Source: Lama glama | Lineage: Eukaryota | NCBI GenBank assembly: GCA_028534125.1 | Contig: CM052816.1 | Span: 67,582,001-67,646,000, forward strand | Direction of reading: 5' to 3' | DNA length: 64,000 nucleotides | In this document: positions 37,951 to 50,269 of the stretch, in pieces | How positions within the stretch are numbered: the stretch's first letter is position 1 | How the letters are laid out: every line of letters starts with the position of its first letter | Notes under the pieces: model-generated | The model's database searches: none | The model's input: only the letters and a program-made list of their open reading frames with translations | What the model was told of the DNA's origin: nothing | Position numbers and translations under genes: made by a program

Positions 37951-40900
37951 CAAATTTAAGAAACCTGGAGATGTCACATAAAAATCCAGCTTTCCAGCTG
38001 TTTTTAGAAATTGAGAACGTCTAGAAGCACTGGGCCCACATTCTCATAAGGCAAGAGCCAGTTTGCTGAGACTGAGTTAGCGGCGGCTCCACTCAGGCAG
38101 GGTTACTGTCTACTGATTTGCTTTTCCTCCCACTTTAGCCTTCACACTGGTCTGCTTCATTCGTTCATTGCACCTGCCTGACCACCACGAGCACTTAACT
38201 TGGAGACATAACTTTGGATAGTCTATTATTTTCTCTCGGTTTAGATGGAATCTGTAGAAAGCTAAATATATGTATTGCATTACTGTGGCCCTATTAAAAC
38301 TGCTTTCAGTGGGTCATACGTTTGTAGGGTCCTCTCAACTTTCGGGGATGGTCTCTAAAAGAAACAGTGTTGTAAACCCTGCTACTGCCCTCTGAGGATC
38401 TATTAGAGACTATTTCCCTCTACATTACTACGTTACTATGTAGCTCAGGCAAGACATTTCTTTAAAGAGTCCTGAAAAGCTTTGTTTTCATGGAAGAGTT
38501 CATACATTTCTCTTCGAGGACAAAGAAAATCAAGTAACTAATTGTATTTATTTTTTATTTTTTGCTTTGGCACCAGAAATTTCTAGGCCAAATTTATGAT
38601 TTAACTCTTGTGTGTTACACCTCATTACCTGCATATTTTTGTTCTAACTTTCTGGTGTTAATCTCCTAGGCTAATTAGCTTCACTGGTCCTTATTTTTCA
38701 TATTCACATTTTCTTGTATATATTTATTGTCAGATATCTCATACCAGAGATTTATAACATTTTCTTGATTTATTTCATTTCTGAAGATGGCTAGAGGATC
38801 TACAACATTTTGGTTCTACTTAAGGGTTACCATGGTTTCAGTTTTGGGTTTTCCTTGCTCTGGTTCCCATCCACCACATATAAAAATTACTCAGTTACAT
38901 TGTAAGCTTTGGACAAGGACTTTTATGGTGATCCCATAGTGCCCAGTGTCCAGCACAGGACTTATTTTCTATATAATGCCATCTGTTGTGTAGTGACAGT
39001 AGAATAATAACAACAGTAAAAAGTAATTTTTTATATAAACTCCCTAGAACAAGGGTTTTTTTTTATTTGTATGAACTTCTGGAAGTCTTGCCATCAAAAA
39101 TAATGAAAGATCCATATACAGATGGTAGGCTTTATACACTGGATCATAAAGGAGTGTGTTATGGTAGACTGGGTGGTAAACTTTTTCTCTAGGGATTAGG
39201 AGTGGGAAAGTAGCTCTGTTTCCTTAAACTGCAAATTAGTTTAGCTTCCCTTCTTTTTCTATGAATCCTTATTTAAATACCGTGGATACAGACTACATAA
39301 ACTATGTAGTAGGACGGAGAGAATAAAAGCAGTCAAAATTACAAGTGCCTATACAAAATCTTTACAGTTTAATAAAAAGCAGGGTTTATGCAAGTGCATG
39401 GGTGTGCATATTTCTCAGACATGGCAAAATGGAACCTAAGGCCACAATTTATAGTTTGGATTAGCCACATTTTGCTATGAAGAAAACATTTCTCCTTAGT
39501 GTTAAGTATGACAAGGTAGGCTGCTAGAGAAACTTTTTTCATGACTCGGACTCAGCCCTGGTGTGGGGTGGCTCAGCCTGTGGTCAAGCTCAGGGCATTG
39601 TGTAATGGTTCTGTCCACTGGGCATGCTCACTGCCACATCTCTAAAGTTAATCACTTGCATTTAATTTCAAGCCATTTTTTACTTTGAAAACTCTAAACG
39701 CCTCATTGAGGACAATACATACAGTGTGTGCCAAGCCTCTGGTTTCAAAGTTCAGCTGTTTTTGAGTTATTTGACTGGACAAAAGGTCGAAAGCAGGGAC
39801 AGTGTAATTTTCCATGTCTTCATGATGTTTTGAAGTGGTTGAAGTGACTTTTTCCCCTAAAATTTCCACCAATAAATAACTTTTACCAGTGGAGCAGCTT
39901 TAATTTTGAGATGCCTTACTTAAAAAAAGTTGAAAGTAACCCTCTCCCCTCCTGTCCATTATCCAATCTCCAGCCTCATCCTCTGTATGTGCCCTTGGAG
40001 GGGAGAACTGAAGGCAACCTCAGATTAAAATTCAGACCTTTCATGTTTGGACCAAAACTATGGAAAGTTTTAGCTTCTCAAAAGTCTCTCAGTTTGTGAG
40101 ATTACAGAAAAAAGACTCAACTCTATTATTTAATATTACTTGTTTCAGCAATAGTTGGGAGAAGACCTCTGGTGCCCGAAATCACCCTCTTCTCCAAGTC
40201 TCTGTAGAGCCCTGCTATACTTTTCTGATTGTGTTTGCATCTCACTTATCCAAGACCTTACAGCAGACTTCTCTTTTCCATATCTTTAAAATTTTCTTTT
40301 CCATTCATATTATTATTCCTGGCCTCTTGCAAAGACAACCTTGTGCCAAGGCAACTCGGCCTGCAGACTTGAACTTCTTGCAGGATTTACCTCTGTGGGC
40401 TACCAACGAGTTGTTGGTGAATATTTTTGTGTACTTTGCTCAAAGTTATTTAGTGTGAAAATGGACCTACCAGGAGTTAGACTTAGATCTGCCAATGAAG
40501 ACCAAATGACTGCAAGGCATTCCTAGGAACAGGTACACCTTTTAAGCCTTGTCCTCCCTCCTCAACGCATCCACTTGCCACAGGTCTAGTTTCCATTTGA
40601 CCCTAAGCAGATGTTTGACCTTTTGGGACAGAGGTGGGTGGTCGAGTTTTTGAGATTCAGTTCAGGGCCTCTGATAATACTGCTCCTGTCTTTCCACAGG
40701 CTATCAAATATGTACCTCTGGGTCATCCCTTGGACTATTTGCTGATTAACCGTTCTAATTTTTTTTCGCACGTGCACAGTTTATATTTTATAAGCATCAT
40801 CTTTGAATTGTGCAAGTCTATTCACCATCATTTTGCCCTGTTGATCTTTTGCCTTTTCTTCTGCACTGTCTCTATCTTCAAGAGCCTGTTTGGCAAATGA

Positions 40901-41472
40901 CCACTTCCATTGTTCACTCCATAAGCCAGTGTAAGCTGATGAGCATCCCTCATTCCTGCAGGTCTCTTAGCGGGTACCTCAAAATGCCTGGTCGCTGTCC
41001 TCTCATTCTGGACTGACTCTGCCATCGATCAGCCACTTCTTCATTTGTCCGAGCTTCCTCTGGTCCATCAGTCTACTCCATCGACCACCTCTTCTCTTCT
41101 TACTTAGGGAAGTCTGTCGCATTGTCCCTCCAAGTCTCTTGCGCATCTCCCCCACGCCCTCCCGGACCGGAGTGTCTGTCGGTCCGAGCCGCCCCGGCCA
41201 GCTCTTGGGCCTCGACTGGCTGGACGTGGGTCTGTCCCGAGCCGATGTTTCCATCCATCTCCGTTTGCTTCCAATTCGGCAGGAACTTTACTCCAGTCGA
41301 AAGCGTAAGGGCGAGTGAGCGGGAGTGCTGGTCGAGCCACCCGCAGCGGGCGCGGGGCGCGGCGAGGGGCGCCAGGCGGGGTGGGCTTGCGAGCAGCCCG
41401 GGGGTGTCGCGGGCCGCCCTGCCCTATAAGGGGCCGAGCCGCCTCCGCCGCCGGGCGGGTGCCGGGCGGACC

Positions 41473-41498
41473 GCGGCGGCGGCGGCGGCGGCGGCGGC
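41473..41498 (+). repeat. (GCG/CGG)8 trinucleotide repeat ~70 bp upstream of the MIER3 ATG
   Basis: gcggcggcggcggcggcggcggcggc read directly. Confidence 0.95.
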
Positions 41499-41567
41499 TG
41501 CGATTGGCTCAGGCGCCCCATCCGGGGACTGGGCTCGGCGCTGCTCGTTCGCCCTAAAGGTACCAAT

Positions 41568-41576
41568 ATGGCGGAG
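41568..41576 (+). CDS. MIER3: MIER3 coding exon 1 (MAE)
   Basis: aatATGGCGGAG|gtgagc: Kozak context with A at -3 and G at +4, strong donor, inside the CpG island. Confidence 0.93.
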
Positions 41577-43018
41577 GTGAGCAGGGAAACCGGGCAGGAG
41601 CGGCCGGGCTGGAGCGAGCGGCTGGCGGCCTCCCGCGCTCCCCAAGCCGGCCTGTGGTGTCCGGGGCCCTTTCCGCGGTCTCACGGGGGGCGGCGCGGCG
41701 GCTTGGGGCCGCGGGGCGGCGACGGGCGGCAGCGGGGCCGGTCGGGGGGCGGGAGCGGGCGCGGGAGCGGTCTCCCTCCGGGACTAGGCCGCGGCGGCTC
41801 CGGCCCCGAGCCGGCCGGACGATGGGGCCGGACGGGAGGCGGCGGCCGGCGGCAGCGAGTCCCGACCCGGGGACGGCGCCGTGGCGTGCCCCCCGGCAGC
41901 TGACGCGGGCCGCCGGAGCCTCTGCACCGCCTCCCGGGGCTGGGGTGGGTGGAAACCGGCCGAGCCTCCCCCCACTCCGCGCCCGGGTTGCAGAGCGGGG
42001 AGCGGGCTGCGCCACTGCCCTGCAGGAGTGTTGTGTGCCCCCGGCCCACCGTGTCTGGACTGCGGCGCGAAGGCGCCACAAGCTCCACTTTGCTCCAGGC
42101 GCCGAGGCGAGCGGGATGCGCAGCCGCTGGGCTTCGTGAGAGGCGAGCGGGACTCCCCGCCCCGCAGCCCGGGAGGTGCCGGGGTCCTTTCGGGATAAAG
42201 AGATAGGACCAAGACTCTCGACGCTTTCTCCAGGGGCTCTGGGTAGCCCCACTTTTCTCTGGGCTGAAGGAGGGAGGCAGGGCGAGCGAAGCTGCCCTGG
42301 CCGTGTCCCCAGGGACTAGTGAGCTGGGGGGAGGGGGTGGCGCAGCAGAAGCCCCTGGGCAGGAGTCTGCTGGGGCGAGGGGCTCGCTGGCGGGCCCGAG
42401 GACTAAACATCCTGGAAGGAACTAGCATCAACAGGACTGCGGGTCCGGGTCTCCGGACGCGGGGAAGAGCACGGGAGGATTGCGCTTTGGTTTGGGGGCG
42501 AGTGTCCGGTTGCGAGCTGGCCTATGCTCGGGGGCAGAGGACAGCCCTGGAGTTGGGGCTCCCGGCCCCAGGTGGGTGGACTAGGTGCTCAGAGGGCGAG
42601 TCCCTTTCAGGAAAGGGTGTTGCATTGCGAGGTGTTGTTCGGGGCCGTGGAGAGCCAGGTGGGATTTGGGGGACTCCTGAGATGTCGGGGTATTGGGGAC
42701 CGATGCTGCGAGCCGACTACTCTGGGTTCCGCTTCTCGGCTTTGTAACTTGCTGAGCGCCAAGGGGCGGCTTAGAGTTGCCTGTTAGACTCCGGGCTCCG
42801 TCCCGGGTCTGCGAGTTTGTACACTAGGGACTCGAAGAGGAAAGCGAGGCAGCCAAGAGGGGCCCGAAAGGGGCCGGGAGCGATTGGAGCGAAGCTACGT
42901 CTTGTACTTTTGGCAGCTGCGGAGGAGCGCTGGGCTCCGCCTCCTCTGCGCCCTGTTGCCGGTGCTGCCTCTTCCCCTAGCTGCGCGATGTAACCGCACG
43001 TTTTCTTCTCTCTCCTAG

Positions 43019-43043
43019 GCTTCTTTTGGAAGTTCGAGCCCAG
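43019..43043 (+). CDS. MIER3: MIER3 exon 2, 25-nt microexon (ASFGSSSP + G)
   Basis: ttttcttctctctcctag|GCTTCTTTTGGAAGTTCGAGCCCAG|gtttgt; phase 0 in, phase 1 out, fitting exons 1 and 3. Confidence 0.95.
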
Positions 43044-46000
43044 GTTTGTACTATTTTCTTACCTCTTCAGTGGGTCCCAAAGGGTAATGGGGGCTAAAAG
43101 ACCTGTTGATAAATTTTTCCCACAAAAATTTGTCTTGGGAGTTTTTCATCATTTGTTTTTAAGAGTTTCAGTGTACATTTTGGTAATTAAGTTGTTTGAG
43201 GAAGGAACGGGTTATACTGTTCTTTTTTCTTGCATGTTGAAAAAAATACTTTGTTACAAAGCTGCTAACTGACAAATGTTCTTTTTAAGTAGTATATCTT
43301 TAATTCTCCCATATCTCATTTTTTTCTCTAAGCCTGAAACAGTTAATCCCAGATCTTTCTCAAACTTTCCACCAACTTTAGCAATTTAGTTTAGATTTTA
43401 ATTTTTTTGAGAAATTGACTTTTTGATTTGTCAGAATTTTGGGGTTGCTTATGTTGATTATTAATCATGATTCCTCATTTCCACTTACGTTGTCTTTTTT
43501 TTTCCTTCATATATGAGAAATGTCTGTAGATCGTGTTAACTTGAAAACTGAGAGTTAGGTAAAGCTGCCCTAATCAAAAGAAGCTTGAAAATTAAAGCTG
43601 CCCTAATCAAAAGAAGCACAGATTTTCTGAGTTTGGCACAGAAAAGTGGTAATAATAGAATTTTTGAGGTGAGACAACACTAGATCATCTAGGACTGTGT
43701 TTCTTAACTGTTTTGGTGTCAGAACCAACTATCAGGATCTGATGAAAGCAAAGGACTCTGTCTCCAGAACTCTGCATATAATGCATAATTCATATAATTT
43801 GGGGTTTTTGGAACCTTTGAAACCTGTCTATGGGAAAGACCTATCCTCGTGTGCTAAAATGGAAGGACAGCTTTGTTTCACTTTATCATCCCCTTTCCAG
43901 CCCCCTCTTGGCTGCCCCTTTTCCCTCTCATAGTCTTCAGGAAAAGTGTCTCTGAACTAGTTCAACTCCTTTATTTTTTACACTTGAGGAGACATTTAAA
44001 TAACTCTACTGAGAGTCACCTAGTTAATAGCAGAGCCTGGATGGGCTCCCAAGTCTGTTACCACATGTTGCCTTAGAGTGAACAGTCCATTTCCTTGCAT
44101 ATTACTTTATGTATTAGTCAACCTTTAAGGTCTCTCTTGATTATCATTTAAGATATTATAAAATAATACCAAGTAGAAGAAATTTGTGGTTATTTTAAAA
44201 ATAGCTATGTCTTTACATTTAAAAATTATTTTTAAAAGTTTCTCTAACTTTGAGACAAACATTTCTTTGTTATAACTGAATTTAGGGAAAGAAAATTTAT
44301 GTACATGATGCCAAACATCTGGATGATAGTGGAATTTTTCCATTTTGCATCACTGTCTGCTTTTCAGAAGTTGCATTCTGAATAAAAAGCAAAAAGACAG
44401 TGTGGTTTTGGCGTTTAAACAAACTTGTAACTTGTTTTTAATCAATTAGCCATTTTTAAAGAGGATTTTAGAGCTGGAAGAGACTAGAGGTCATCCAAGC
44501 CAACACTGTATGTACAAATCCAAAATTGGACCCAGGCCCACAAAGTTTGAATGAGTTGTCTCAGGTCCCAGAAAGCCAGGGACAAAGCCAAGAGTAGACC
44601 CTCAGGCCCTTCCATTTCTGGCCCTTATTGAATGAATACCTTCCACTTTAAGGGAAGCCTTAAAGTGTACCAAGTGATACGGTTCTTACACAAGAGGGTA
44701 GAGCTCTGTCCTCAAAAAAGTGGAAGAGTTACTGTGTATTTCATACCTTATGCTTTGGCATACCTCAAGGGTTTCCAGGAATTTCTCAAAAAATGAAAAT
44801 TTGCACTGGTGGATGTTCTGCTTTTGAGCTATTTAAAAAATATTCATCTTTCTCTAAAATTAACTTAAACCACCTATACCACAACAGATTTTAAAATGAG
44901 CAGGTTAATATTCAAACATTTAAAAAATAGCATAATGTAAACCTTCTAAAGAATAAAGTCTCATAGGAATTTTATTAATTTTAGGACTAATGATTAGAGT
45001 TCTCCAGACTCAGAATCAAAAACACTGAATTGTGTCTGTTTTTTTGGTCGTAGTGAAAAATCTTTGGTCTAGTTCAGTGTTTTGGAAATGATCTCACACT
45101 GTCCTTAAATGTTTGAAATTTTAAAATAATAAATTGCTTGACTAAAAACAGATCAAACTTTTTGTGTCCAGTATGCTTCCTTCCACTTCTCCCTTCCTCC
45201 ACTCCACAATTCTGATACTTCTTTCCTTCCCTGCTCTGAGAGTCACTGGTCTAATTGAATTACGTACTAGAGTAAAACAAATGGAGAAAATACTGTTTTT
45301 CATAAATTTAATTTCATTCTCTTGGGATTATGGATAGCATTCATCTTTCCATTTGGTTTTCAGGGTATCCTGTTGACTTCAGATTTGCCATTAAAAAGCA
45401 TTACCACTTTATAAACAAGTTTGAATTGACCAAAACAACTTGCAGTGGGATATATCTCCCAAAATTTCAGATATGAGATTCTGTGTTCCCTTCATGTAAT
45501 TTTAAGAATTTTATTAGTAGTCCAAAGAAAACATGCTCTTATGGTTTAATGCTGAGATGCTTGAAATACTGTTACAGAAATGGTAAGTGAGGTAGTGCTT
45601 TTGAAGATTAATGGCTATGTAGCTGCTTCACAAAACTTGCATTTGTTCTAGAAACCAGATCTCTGTTTTGTTTCGAACCTTTATTTGAGGGTTAGATTTG
45701 AGTAAAATTTATATTCCCTTTTTCCGGAAGTGTTTTGCCTTAATGTATAACAGATTCTTGTGAAATCTTCTATTCATAATCCTTCTGACATTTTTCTACT
45801 GCTTTTAGACAAATGTATTAAACTAACTGATTCGACTTTTGACTTTTCTAGTAGAACATTTTTTTAGGGACCACTCCACTTTGCTGCTATTATAGGTCAT
45901 GTTCTCATGGACTGGACACCTTATAAAAGTGGTTATAAAGCAGCCTTGTTCTTTTGCTGATTTAGATATCTTTTCAGGAATTTGTGGTCTTAACTTTATA

Positions 46001-46123
46001 AACTACATAGAAAATATACTTTACAGGTTATACATTTAATAAAGCTTAGATATAAATATTAAAAGGAACTGGCAGTAGAACACAAATTATTTTCTTTTGT
46101 AAATAGCCTTATGAACCTGTTAA

Positions 46124-46315
<192 letters not shown>

Positions 46316-46414
46316 TAATACAAACTTAAAGATTGAATACAAACTTACAGTATATAAAATTTTAAAATTCTGTTGTAAATTATTTTACAACCTACCTGAA
46401 ATGAAAATAGTATC

Positions 46415-46595
46415 AGAGGAACCTACTGTATAGTACAGGGAACTATATTAAATATCTTGTAATAACCTATAATGGAAAAGAATCTGAAAAAGAATACACA
46501 CACACACACACACACACACACATAAAAACTGAATCACTTTGTGTACACTTGAAACTAACCAATATTGTAAATCAACTGTACTTCAATTAAAAAAG
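46415..46595 (+). mobile_element. Short L1 3' end containing a (CA)n microsatellite (~46496-46522)
   Basis: acctactgtatagtacagggaactatattaaatatcttgtaataacctataatggaaaagaatctg...tcaactgtacttcaattaaaaa. Confidence 0.85.
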
Positions 46596-49500
46596 AATAG
46601 TATCAGTATAGTTGTTTTTGACCTAACTTATACAGAATGTTGCTGATTTTTCTCATTATTTTGAAGGATAGCCTAATGAGTACATTTTCATTTACTTTTA
46701 AGAAATTAACTTACATCTGTTAACCTAATTTTTAAGTTTATACCAGCACTTTGAAATAGGTACATTTACAGATGGGAATACTGAGATGCAGAGAACTTAG
46801 TTCTAGAATCCTAGCCCTAAACTTAATTCAGAATCCTAGCCCTGCTTCTTTGTATTATACCACACTGTTCTACTGAAGGGCAAACTTGAGTTTAACTAAG
46901 CACTGAGTAGATATAATGAGAAATCTTCTCCTCCGAGAGACTTGTAATCTGGTAGGCTACTGTAAGAAAATTGAAAAAGTTTTACTCTGTTTTTAAATGT
47001 GAATCAGTAATAACCTATTTCCTACCCACCAGACTTTTAAAAAGTTGGCAGAGTAAATGTAGTTTATGGCTTTCTAAACCCCAAATCAGTATAAATTCAA
47101 ATGAACTGGATTTTAAACACATGTTTATACCTGGACTACAGAGAGAGAGCTCCATAGGGGTCCCTTGAAAAGATTATACTTATCTATAAATTAACCTTAT
47201 TTGCAAATTTCTAATCAGCCCAGAGTAATAAAAGTTTTCAGGAATAACACTGAAGTTTCATACCTCTTTTTCTTGAAGAAGACAAAGCATATTCTTTTCT
47301 AATCTCTTCTGCTATCTTTGTGAGGCAGGACTGGGCTATTATTGCCTTTCTTTATTCATATTAATACACAGGGAAACAGAAGGAGAGTCTTTAGGGCCTA
47401 GACCCCAGGCTTTGTAGACCTGAAATTTTCTAAAGACATTCATTCCTTTGGCAAATTAATCCAACACAGTTGCAGTTATATTCAATCATTAAAAAAATAC
47501 ACTTATCTCCTATAAAAGCCTAACAGATTTGGGAATATAGAGATAAAATGATTAGGAAATTCTCAAGAAGAAAAGCCTTGCCTATCACTTCTTTCAGGGG
47601 TGATGATAAGATGTTGCCTGTTGTTGACAAAAGATGCTCAAGAGTCTCAAGCTCTGCCTTAACTTTATTCAGGCTGTTCTTTTCTACCTCCTATGAGTGA
47701 GTAGCCTAGAATAACTAAGAATTAGAATCCAGCTCACATATCACTAAACCAAAGACTGTGGTAGGTCCTGGGATTGCAGAAATGAACAATTTAACAATGT
47801 CCCTGGACTCTAGGAGCTTACAGTCTAGTGTGGTGTAGAGTGACAAATGGGAACAGTGATTTTTTGATGTGCTCTGCTAAGAGCTATGAAAGCTATAAGC
47901 AGTGAGAGCTATGGGAGAGAAAGGGTTTATGTATAGTAGAAGATGTTTAGCCTCATGTGGAAGTTCATGGAAGGCTTCTTAGATACTTCTCTCCTGTAAT
48001 TGTTTCAGTCAAGACACAGCTGTGGGCATGGGCAGAAGTCCCAGGTGGTCTCATAATGCACCTTCCTTGATTATGTGTTTCCTGTTAAAGACAGGGAAAC
48101 AGCAGTCTAGTTGTAGCATGACATAAGAAAATAATATAAATGGGCTACACTGCACTTTAGCTGTGCAAATAGATGTGCTGTCAGTAAACTAGTAAGAATT
48201 AAAAATTTCATTTAATGTGTTAACACATTTTGTTATTACTTGGGTAATCTGGTAGGGATTGTTATGGCCTGGTAAAATTTTATTTTTCAGATTTGTGGGT
48301 TTTATTCTTGCAGAGATTATAGTAATAGCTGCTTTGATCTGTGTTTAGTGAATTTTTAAAGAAAATCAGGAAAGATAAAGAGAAATATACAACAGCAAAG
48401 AGTTACTCACTTAGCTTTTCACAGAAATACCTAATTTCTATTCCTGTGATTTTCATTTTGTTTAGTAAATCTTTGCTTTGTAATGATACCTATTACTGAA
48501 TTTGTAGATTCAGAAAAATTATAGCCCTTTAAATATTTCATCTTCTTTGTACTTGGGTAGTTTTGCTTCTTGGCATTTTGTCACATTCTTGGAAATTGAG
48601 ACAGAAAAATAAAATTTTTTTACACAAATTCTAATGAAGACCTAAGAGCTGTGTGCCCGCTCGGAAGGCTAGTCATTTTCTCACTGAGCAGAGGACAAGA
48701 GGAGCTGTTTCTAAGAGTGAGTGACTGCTCACTTCCTCTGAACTGTGATTCTTGTCCGTAGTAAAACATAACTGTGTAGATTTGGTCTCTGTTCTTTATT
48801 GATGTTTAATGAAACATAAAAATGAATAAAAGAAACAGTAGATAGAGGCACAAATAAAAAGTAAGGATCATTTAATTTTTAAAGAAATTTAAAATTGTTT
48901 CTGTACAATTTAAAATAATGTATTCTGTTAATCTTGTATTGTTGAAACAGTGATTTAGTTGTTACATGGTAATAGTCTTAGGAGCTTGATGTTAATGTTT
49001 GTTTTTAAAATTTTTTAGTTTTTATACCCATAGTAAATAAACATGATAGTTTGTAGTCTATACATATTGGCCTTTATTTTGGTGCTTACACATTTTTAGT
49101 ACACTATATATTATGGAAAATAAGAGAGGTACAAAATCAGTTTTCTTACAGTAGCCCTTTGGTAAATACAGACAACAGACTGTGGCAAGATTTTAGTTAT
49201 TAAACGTACTAAAATAAGGTTTATGTTATATCATTCTGTAATTTAATCTATTCATGTTATTGTTTCCTGAGGGGTTTTATTTAATAGTCCTAGAGTTAGA
49301 CCTATAAGTTTAAAAAAAATTTACATCTTTGCCTTTATTAATATATAAGTTTCTCCTCTTATATTCATTGTGAAATGAGAAAAGTAGAAATCACCTTTTC
49401 TAGCACTTAGGCTTTGGTATAGGTCCTTTTTTTTTTTTTTTTAAAGCATTAAAAGTTACGTGTAGATTGTTTTGCAGCCTGTATTTTAAGATATCAGAGT

Positions 49501-50269
49501 GGTGTTATATTAAAATTGATCTGTACCTCACTTAGACAGTGTCATTTGACCCATCCAGCAACACCACCAGGTGTGTCAGAAAAGTATTAGCATTATTTCC
49601 TTGGCTCAGAGGCCCTGTTGGTTGTAAGATTTACCATAGATTTAGAAATAGCATAAATGGGAACATAGAGGAACACTGCTGTGAGAAATCTGTACATTGG
49701 TAATGGGATGCATCCTAATTTATGATATGTGAGGCTATGCATCATAGGGTTAAGGAAATATATTTTTCTATTTACAGTTGAGGAAATAGAGGTGAGAAGG
49801 GTTAGATGATTTGCCCACGTTAGCAGTTAGTGAGTCCTCTGCCTCTAAATCTTGTACTCTTCTTGTTATAAATCCTTTGACTTATAAAATAGTTCATTCA
49901 TAAGTGTGCCTAGACTCGAGTGTGTTTCTTGAAATTTAGATAGGTTCAACAAAATACCTGAGGAACAGACAGAAGAGAAAAATCCTCATCCCTGGGACAA
50001 GGAGCTAGAGCAAACTTCTAAGCTGATCTAGGCACCACAGATCTCAGAGGCTTTGAGATCTGCTGGTTCAGTTTTGAAAATATTTCTTCTGTGCTTCACA
50101 GAGCTAAGTGCTTTATTAATAGGCTCCAATAGAAAGCTTACTGTAAAGTGCTTCAAAGACTAGATTAACCTTTCCCAGTTTTGCTTTAAAGTTTTAGTAC
50201 AGATAATTTCTGTGTTTAGCACCAGCCTCTTCTAGTGGACCCTACAGTGTCATCCCTTGAATATATTAA

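Larger units (their letters stand above)
41130..43050. promoter_or_regulatory. CpG island / MIER3 promoter
   Basis: Abrupt shift to very GC- and CpG-rich sequence spanning exons 1-2; GC boxes, inverted CCAAT (ATTGG 41503-41507), TATA-like TATAAG at 41425-41430, YY1-like CAATATGGCGG over the ATG. Confidence 0.93.

Noticed and set aside
37738..37977. ORFs with protein-like sequence (also 4689-4886, 2775-3014, 59745-60350)
   Set aside because: Fragments or antisense translations of LINE-1 ORF2; 5'-truncated and non-functional.
41122..42787. Many long overlapping ORFs (up to 232 aa) on both strands
   Set aside because: Low-complexity Arg/Gly/Ala/Pro translations are expected from stop-poor GC-rich DNA; the real coding content is the 9-nt exon 1, and the 111-aa MAEVSRE... 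ORF is intron read-through.
50038..50065. Short inverted repeats (cagatctca...tgagatctg; also ~39292-39310 and 56432-56450) as possible miRNA hairpins
   Set aside because: Stems of 8-9 bp are far too short for pre-miRNAs, and several are expected by chance in 64 kb.
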